Below, piece after piece: positions 5,070 to 8,162 of a DNA stretch of 8,162 nucleotides. This DNA is from a virus, in the UHGV virus genome UHGV-0190047; one strand, 5' to 3'. A model generated the notes under the pieces. The model saw only the letters and a program-made list of their open reading frames with translations. It was not told the origin of the DNA and did no database searches. Position numbers and translations under genes: made by a program. Every line of letters begins with the position of its first letter. Within the stretch, counting starts at the first letter, position 1.

Positions 5070-5288
5070 ATGCATATAGAACTTACAGAACGAGAATTGC
5101 GGTATCTTAACCGGGTGGTAAATGTCCGCTTGGATGAATTGCTTGAGCGTTGTGCCCGGATTCGCCGGATTCGCTCTCTTGAGGATATTGACACCAGTGA
5201 GCGTTTTAGTCTGGCTGAGTCTGAAATCAAGGTTATGAAAGAGGTCCATGATAAAATCGCGGATGCCCTGTCCGATTGTAACATATAA
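5070..5288 (+). CDS. small (72 aa) helical protein, possibly RHH-like regulator
   Basis: ATG 5070 preceded by AAAGGTTGGTGA. The track start at 4998 lies inside 63-bp element C. The N-terminus MHIELTERELRYLNRVVN has the alternating-hydrophobic strand then helix pattern of RHH proteins but lacks the Gly loop, so the assignment is weak. The C-terminal codons overlap a TGTAACA half-site. Confidence 0.4.
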   Translation: MHIELTERELRYLNRVVNVRLDELLERCARIRRIRSLEDIDTSERFSLAESEIKVMKEVHDKIADALSDCNI

Positions 5289-5293
5289 CAAGC

Positions 5294-5386
5294 TGTATCC
5301 TTATATACTTAATAAAATAAAGCAACTATTCCTGATAAGTCTAGTTTAACGAATAGTTAAGGCTGATTTAAGTATATAAGGATACA
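5294..5386. promoter_or_regulatory. 93-nt nested stem-loop: 19-bp outer stem plus 8-bp inner stem; candidate ssDNA origin, packaging signal or promoter
   Basis: Outer arms TGTATCCTTATATACTTAA (5294-5312) and TTAAGTATATAAGGATACA (5368-5386) are perfectly complementary. Inner arms AACTATTC (5324-5331) and GAATAGTT (5351-5358) are perfect. The right arm contains a TATATAAG -10-like sequence 37 nt upstream of the pIII-like gene. Confidence 0.5.
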
Positions 5387-5422
5387 TCTTTTAACACTTT
5401 TGTTAGGGGGTGTATTTTTTTT

Positions 5423-6619
5423 ATGGTTAAGAAGTTTTTAAGTGCCCTGTTGGCGCTTTTTATCCTTTCGTTATTTCCCCTGACTGTTTTGGCCGGGGAC
5501 CTTCCTACATCTACCAATACGATTAACTGGTCAACGGTTGAAGTTTTTGCTTATGGTTCTGGAACCTATAAGAAATCCCTTGGTAAGGTTCAGGAGGCTG
5601 GCGGGCAAGGTGCTTTTGGTAAGGAATTTACTCCTTCTGACGGTATGGGCATTCAAGGTTTTGTTTTGGTTCTTCCCCGCTCCTCTTTTCCGACAACTGG
5701 CAAGTGGAAGGCTCAGGTTTCCATCCAGACAAGTAGCACTTCATTATTACTTGATAGGATGTATGCCCGTGGCCGTGTTAAAAGACCTAACGCTTCGGAT
5801 TTATCCGGCCAGCTTCCGAAGATTGCTTCGGATACCATCCCCCCTGACTTCTATACGGTTACATATAACGTGAATAGCCAGTCCCTCACCTCGGTTGAGT
5901 TCTTTTTCCCTTATGCGTTTCCTCTTTATGGTACGCAGAAACTTAATTTTTCCTCGGTCATTTCCTTCCGGGATTATGAATCCGGTAACATTAACAATCC
6001 GGTTGCCCCTCTTCCGGATGCATCGGAACAAAATCAGGCAATTGCCAATTCGGTCCAGGATACGGCTAACAATACGGCGGCTTTGGTGCAGAAACAGGAT
6101 ACCATCATTGACCAGATTGTGGATACCACTCAGACTATCAGTAACCAGCTCCATTCCTTTTGGGACCAACTGGCGGGTGAGTTCACGAACATGTATAACA
6201 AAATGAATCAACATCATTCTGAGGATTTGGCCGCAAACCGGCGCAATACAGAGGATATCATTGATTCCCAGGAATCCAATACCACGAATATCATTAACAA
6301 TAATAATGCAAATACGGATAAACTTGCAAATGGTTATGATAAATCCCGTCTGGATAACAGCAATGCTCAGTTGAATGATTCGATTCACAATATGCAGGAA
6401 AATGAAAAACAGTTAATGGAGGATGTAAGCAATAACATTAATTCGTTCCGTTATGATGATTATTTTACCCGTATTAGGGGGCCTTTATCGGATATATCCT
6501 ATTTCCTGAATCATATTTACAATAACATGAAGGGCTTGAATATCCCTATTGGCTTTTCCCTTACTCTCACGATTGCCATGCTCTGCATTGGCTATTATCG
6601 GTTCAAAGGGGGGACATAA
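5423..6619 (+). CDS. pIII-like minor coat / adsorption protein candidate
   Basis: 398 aa. N-terminal signal peptide MVKKFLSALLALFILSLFPLTVLA with G-D cleavage context. Central N/Q/T-rich low-complexity, coiled-coil-like region. C-terminal membrane anchor IPIGFSLTLTIAMLCIGYY plus RFKGG. This signal peptide / variable N-domain / C-terminal anchor architecture is that of inovirus g3p. GGGGGTG upstream. Confidence 0.5.
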   Translation: MVKKFLSALLALFILSLFPLTVLAGDLPTSTNTINWSTVEVFAYGSGTYKKSLGKVQEAGGQGAFGKEFTPSDGMGIQGFVLVLPRSSFPTTGKWKAQVSIQTSSTSLLLDRMYARGRVKRPNASDLSGQLPKIASDTIPPDFYTVTYNVNSQSLTSVEFFFPYAFPLYGTQKLNFSSVISFRDYESGNINNPVAPLPDASEQNQAIANSVQDTANNTAALVQKQDTIIDQIVDTTQTISNQLHSFWDQLAGEFTNMYNKMNQHHSEDLAANRRNTEDIIDSQESNTTNIINNNNANTDKLANGYDKSRLDNSNAQLNDSIHNMQENEKQLMEDVSNNINSFRYDDYFTRIRGPLSDISYFLNHIYNNMKGLNIPIGFSLTLTIAMLCIGYYRFKGGT

Positions 6620-6838
6620 ATGTTTCAATTTTTTGATGCGGTTGCCGGGTTTGTTGAAACTGTGGTTGGCTTCATTGTCAACATGATTGCAACGCTTATC
6701 CTTGTGATTGTTAACATTGTCCGTTCCGTTGGCTGGCTGGTGATGTGCCTTTCCTATCTCCCGCCCTGGATGGTTGGTTTTGTGGTCGTCCCTATCAGCC
6801 TTGCGGTTGTGTTCCAGATTCTTAATAAGGGGTCGTGA
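6620..6838 (+). CDS. pVI-like small integral membrane protein (two predicted TM helices)
   Basis: TAAATG junction with the upstream gene. GGGGGG SD. 72 aa, almost entirely hydrophobic. Its position immediately after the pIII-like gene mirrors the gIII-gVI order of Ff phages. Confidence 0.5.
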   Translation: MFQFFDAVAGFVETVVGFIVNMIATLILVIVNIVRSVGWLVMCLSYLPPWMVGFVVVPISLAVVFQILNKGS

Positions 6839-7071
6839 TGATTATGATGCGTGATTTAATTGATTTTTGTATCTTTATTGTTTCAAAGATTGCTGTCCTT
6901 TTGTTTGGCAGTGATTTGGGAGGATATTCATATGGTGATTTTTTGGTTGCTGTCCTTGTTGTTTCTGTGTTTGTTACTACGCTTGTCATTTCCTTCCGTG
7001 GTGCGGGAGGTAGTCCATCTTCCGTGGTTCGTCCGCCCAGGGCATCTAAACGTAGTGGTGGCTCTAAGTAG
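6838..7071 (+). CDS. second coat-like protein: hydrophobic leader, amphipathic segment, hydrophobic core, basic C-terminal tail
   Basis: ATG 6838 overlaps the TGA of the previous gene (TGATG). AAGGGG upstream. The C-terminus RPPRASKRSGGSK is basic, as in the DNA-contacting tails of inovirus major coat proteins. It is preceded by the hydrophobic core LVAVLVVSVFVTTLVISF and a YSYGDF amphipathic N-segment. Confidence 0.45.
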   Translation: MIMMRDLIDFCIFIVSKIAVLLFGSDLGGYSYGDFLVAVLVVSVFVTTLVISFRGAGGSPSSVVRPPRASKRSGGSK

Positions 7072-7906
7072 TTTTTTCCTGCTCTCCTGCCCTCTCCTGG
7101 CCTATGCAGATACAGCTACACCTTCCAATGCGTCCAGGGTGGATGCAGATACGGATTGGGATATGGATATGGATGATATATGGGTTGCTTCTCCTTCGGA
7201 TGCAGCCTACACGGATGTGGATTTATTGATTGATGATAGAACCTTGATGGATATTGATGATTTTGAGGATTTAAAACGTGATGATTTACTCCGATACATT
7301 TTATGCGAACTTATTACCATTCGTGATTCTTTTGGCGGTCCCGGTCTTGCTTCCTCCTCGGATGCTGCGCTTTCTTCCCTGGAGGATGCGCAGGATGTTT
7401 CTGACCTGGAGGAAGGCCCTACAGATATTATTCCTATGGACGCCCCTGTCCGTTCGGCGCGTTCGGTTTCTGCTTCTGACGATTATGTTAATGTACTTCG
7501 TTATGATGTTTCTATCTCGGGCCAGGAATATACCCTTCTCTTTCCTCCTGAGTATGCGGATTCCCTTTATGTAGACAGTCAGGGCCGTCTGTTCAATGTT
7601 TCGGCTAATACCATTCAAGGCCGTCTGGTGGATGGGAATTTTAATCCGTATGCGCGGACAGGTAAGCTTGTGTATCTTACTCCCTGCCTTGGCAATAACT
7701 TTTACACTATCAGCGAGTATGGCTCCCCCAATTATGTCAGGGAGTATTATTGGAGTTCCGGTAGTTTGCGCTATCGTGATACATACGTTAATATTCAGGT
7801 GAATCAATATCATCATATATTCAAGGTTTCTGACACGCTTACATATATCGTTGTCGTTCTGATGGGAGGTTGTTTGATATGTTTATGGAGAAAATCCTCG
7901 CGTTGA
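7001..7906 (+). CDS. secreted, highly acidic protein with C-terminal membrane anchor (second pIII-like or receptor-binding candidate)
   Basis: Long ORF in the +1 frame relative to 6838..7071. The start is uncertain. GTG 7001 would give a signal peptide MREVVHLPWFVRPGHLNVVVALSSFFLLSCPLLAYA-DTATP. GTG 7055/7058 and ATG 7163 are alternatives. None has a good SD. The mature N-terminus is D-rich (DADTDWDMDMDDIW, DVDLLIDD, DIDDFEDLKRDD). C-terminal TM TLTYIVVVLMGGCLICLW plus RKSSR. Confidence 0.45.
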   Translation: MREVVHLPWFVRPGHLNVVVALSSFFLLSCPLLAYADTATPSNASRVDADTDWDMDMDDIWVASPSDAAYTDVDLLIDDRTLMDIDDFEDLKRDDLLRYILCELITIRDSFGGPGLASSSDAALSSLEDAQDVSDLEEGPTDIIPMDAPVRSARSVSASDDYVNVLRYDVSISGQEYTLLFPPEYADSLYVDSQGRLFNVSANTIQGRLVDGNFNPYARTGKLVYLTPCLGNNFYTISEYGSPNYVREYYWSSGSLRYRDTYVNIQVNQYHHIFKVSDTLTYIVVVLMGGCLICLWRKSSR

Positions 7907-8022
7907 TGGGGGATGTCCCTGTCCAGTTCTATCCGGTTTGTTATGCCTTTGGCTTCATTGCTTTTTTATGGATTGTGGATAAGTTCTTCCATATCTTTGT
8001 GTCGCTGATAGATAGGCGGTGA
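7879..8022 (+). CDS. small (47 aa) single-pass membrane protein
   Basis: Not in the track. GGGAGG at 7864-7869, 9 nt before ATG 7879. Overlaps the end of the previous gene by 28 nt. Hydrophobic core YAFGFIAFLWIV. Confidence 0.35.
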   Translation: MFMEKILALMGDVPVQFYPVCYAFGFIAFLWIVDKFFHIFVSLIDRR

Positions 8023-8026
8023 TTAT

Positions 8027-8162
8027 ATGAACCTTGGTATTGTTATGAAGGTTGTTGAATGGATGTTTCATGAGTTATCACTTCTGTTTGATATCCTTTG
8101 GAGGCATTCCTACTGGGTGGGGATGTTTGTGATTGGTCTGCCCCTTCTTAAGAAGGTTGTAG
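8027..8162 (+). CDS. partial (5' end only) hydrophobic protein, continues beyond the window
   Basis: ATG 8027, 45 codons with no stop before the window end. Hydrophobic (WVGMFVIGLPLL). Weak SD. Confidence 0.3.
   Translation, partial: MNLGIVMKVVEWMFHELSLLFDILWRHSYWVGMFVIGLPLLKKVV

Noticed and set aside
5801-6388. 195-aa ORF on the - strand
   Set aside because: Antisense to the pIII-like gene. Low-complexity R/I-rich translation with no RBS, so it is treated as a shadow ORF.
7301-7816. 171-aa ORF on the - strand, with 7278..7574 and 7596..7802 on the + strand
   Set aside because: These overlap the long secreted-protein ORF in other frames or on the opposite strand, have no SD and give R-rich low-complexity translations. 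They are treated as shadow ORFs.
1-8162. CRISPR arrays, tRNA or rRNA genes
   Set aside because: No regularly spaced direct repeats with unique spacers, no cloverleaf-compatible 70-90 nt segments and no rRNA-like conserved stretches were seen. The repeats present are the 63-bp IR elements and short operator-like motifs.

Overview
This window looks like the genome, or most of it, of a filamentous ssDNA phage (Inoviridae-like) or an integrated prophage of that type. Coding is dense and almost entirely on the + strand. Gene junctions overlap tightly (TAATG at 536, ATGA at 4104 and 2344, TGATG at 6838, TAAATG at 6620), and Firmicutes-style AGGAGG Shine-Dalgarno sites precede nearly every start. 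The recognisable genes fall into three blocks: (1) a major-coat-like protein whose N-terminus closely resembles the Ff/M13 g8p signal-peptide junction (46..330), a 53-aa membrane protein (375..536) and a Zot/pI-type P-loop assembly ATPase (536..1336); (2) a Rep_trans-type rolling-circle replication initiator (1431..2351), then a regulatory island containing at least three ribbon-helix-helix (RHH) type small proteins, one of which is divergently transcribed on the - strand with a coiled-coil repeat protein; (3) a g5p-like ssDNA-binding protein (4583..4843) followed by a morphogenesis block: a pIII-like secreted and anchored protein (5423..6619), a pVI-like membrane protein, a second coat-like protein with a basic C-terminal tail, a second secreted acidic protein with a C-terminal anchor, and small membrane proteins. 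No rRNA, tRNA, CRISPR array, integrase or secretin (gIV) is visible. The most unusual non-coding content is a family of three exactly 63-bp elements with 7-9 bp terminal inverted repeats (GTAACAC...GTGTTAC) and internal palindromes that bracket two small RHH-like gene cassettes, with a fourth half-site at 5277..5283. Also present are a three-copy ACATGTGCGCATGT operator array in a divergent promoter region, four copies of the 9-mer TTAGTTAGT placed just 5' of the SD of two operons, a 93-nt nested perfect hairpin (5294..5386), and a GC-rich hairpin cluster downstream of the g5p-like gene. All functional assignments rest on motifs read by eye from the translations; no database search was possible.
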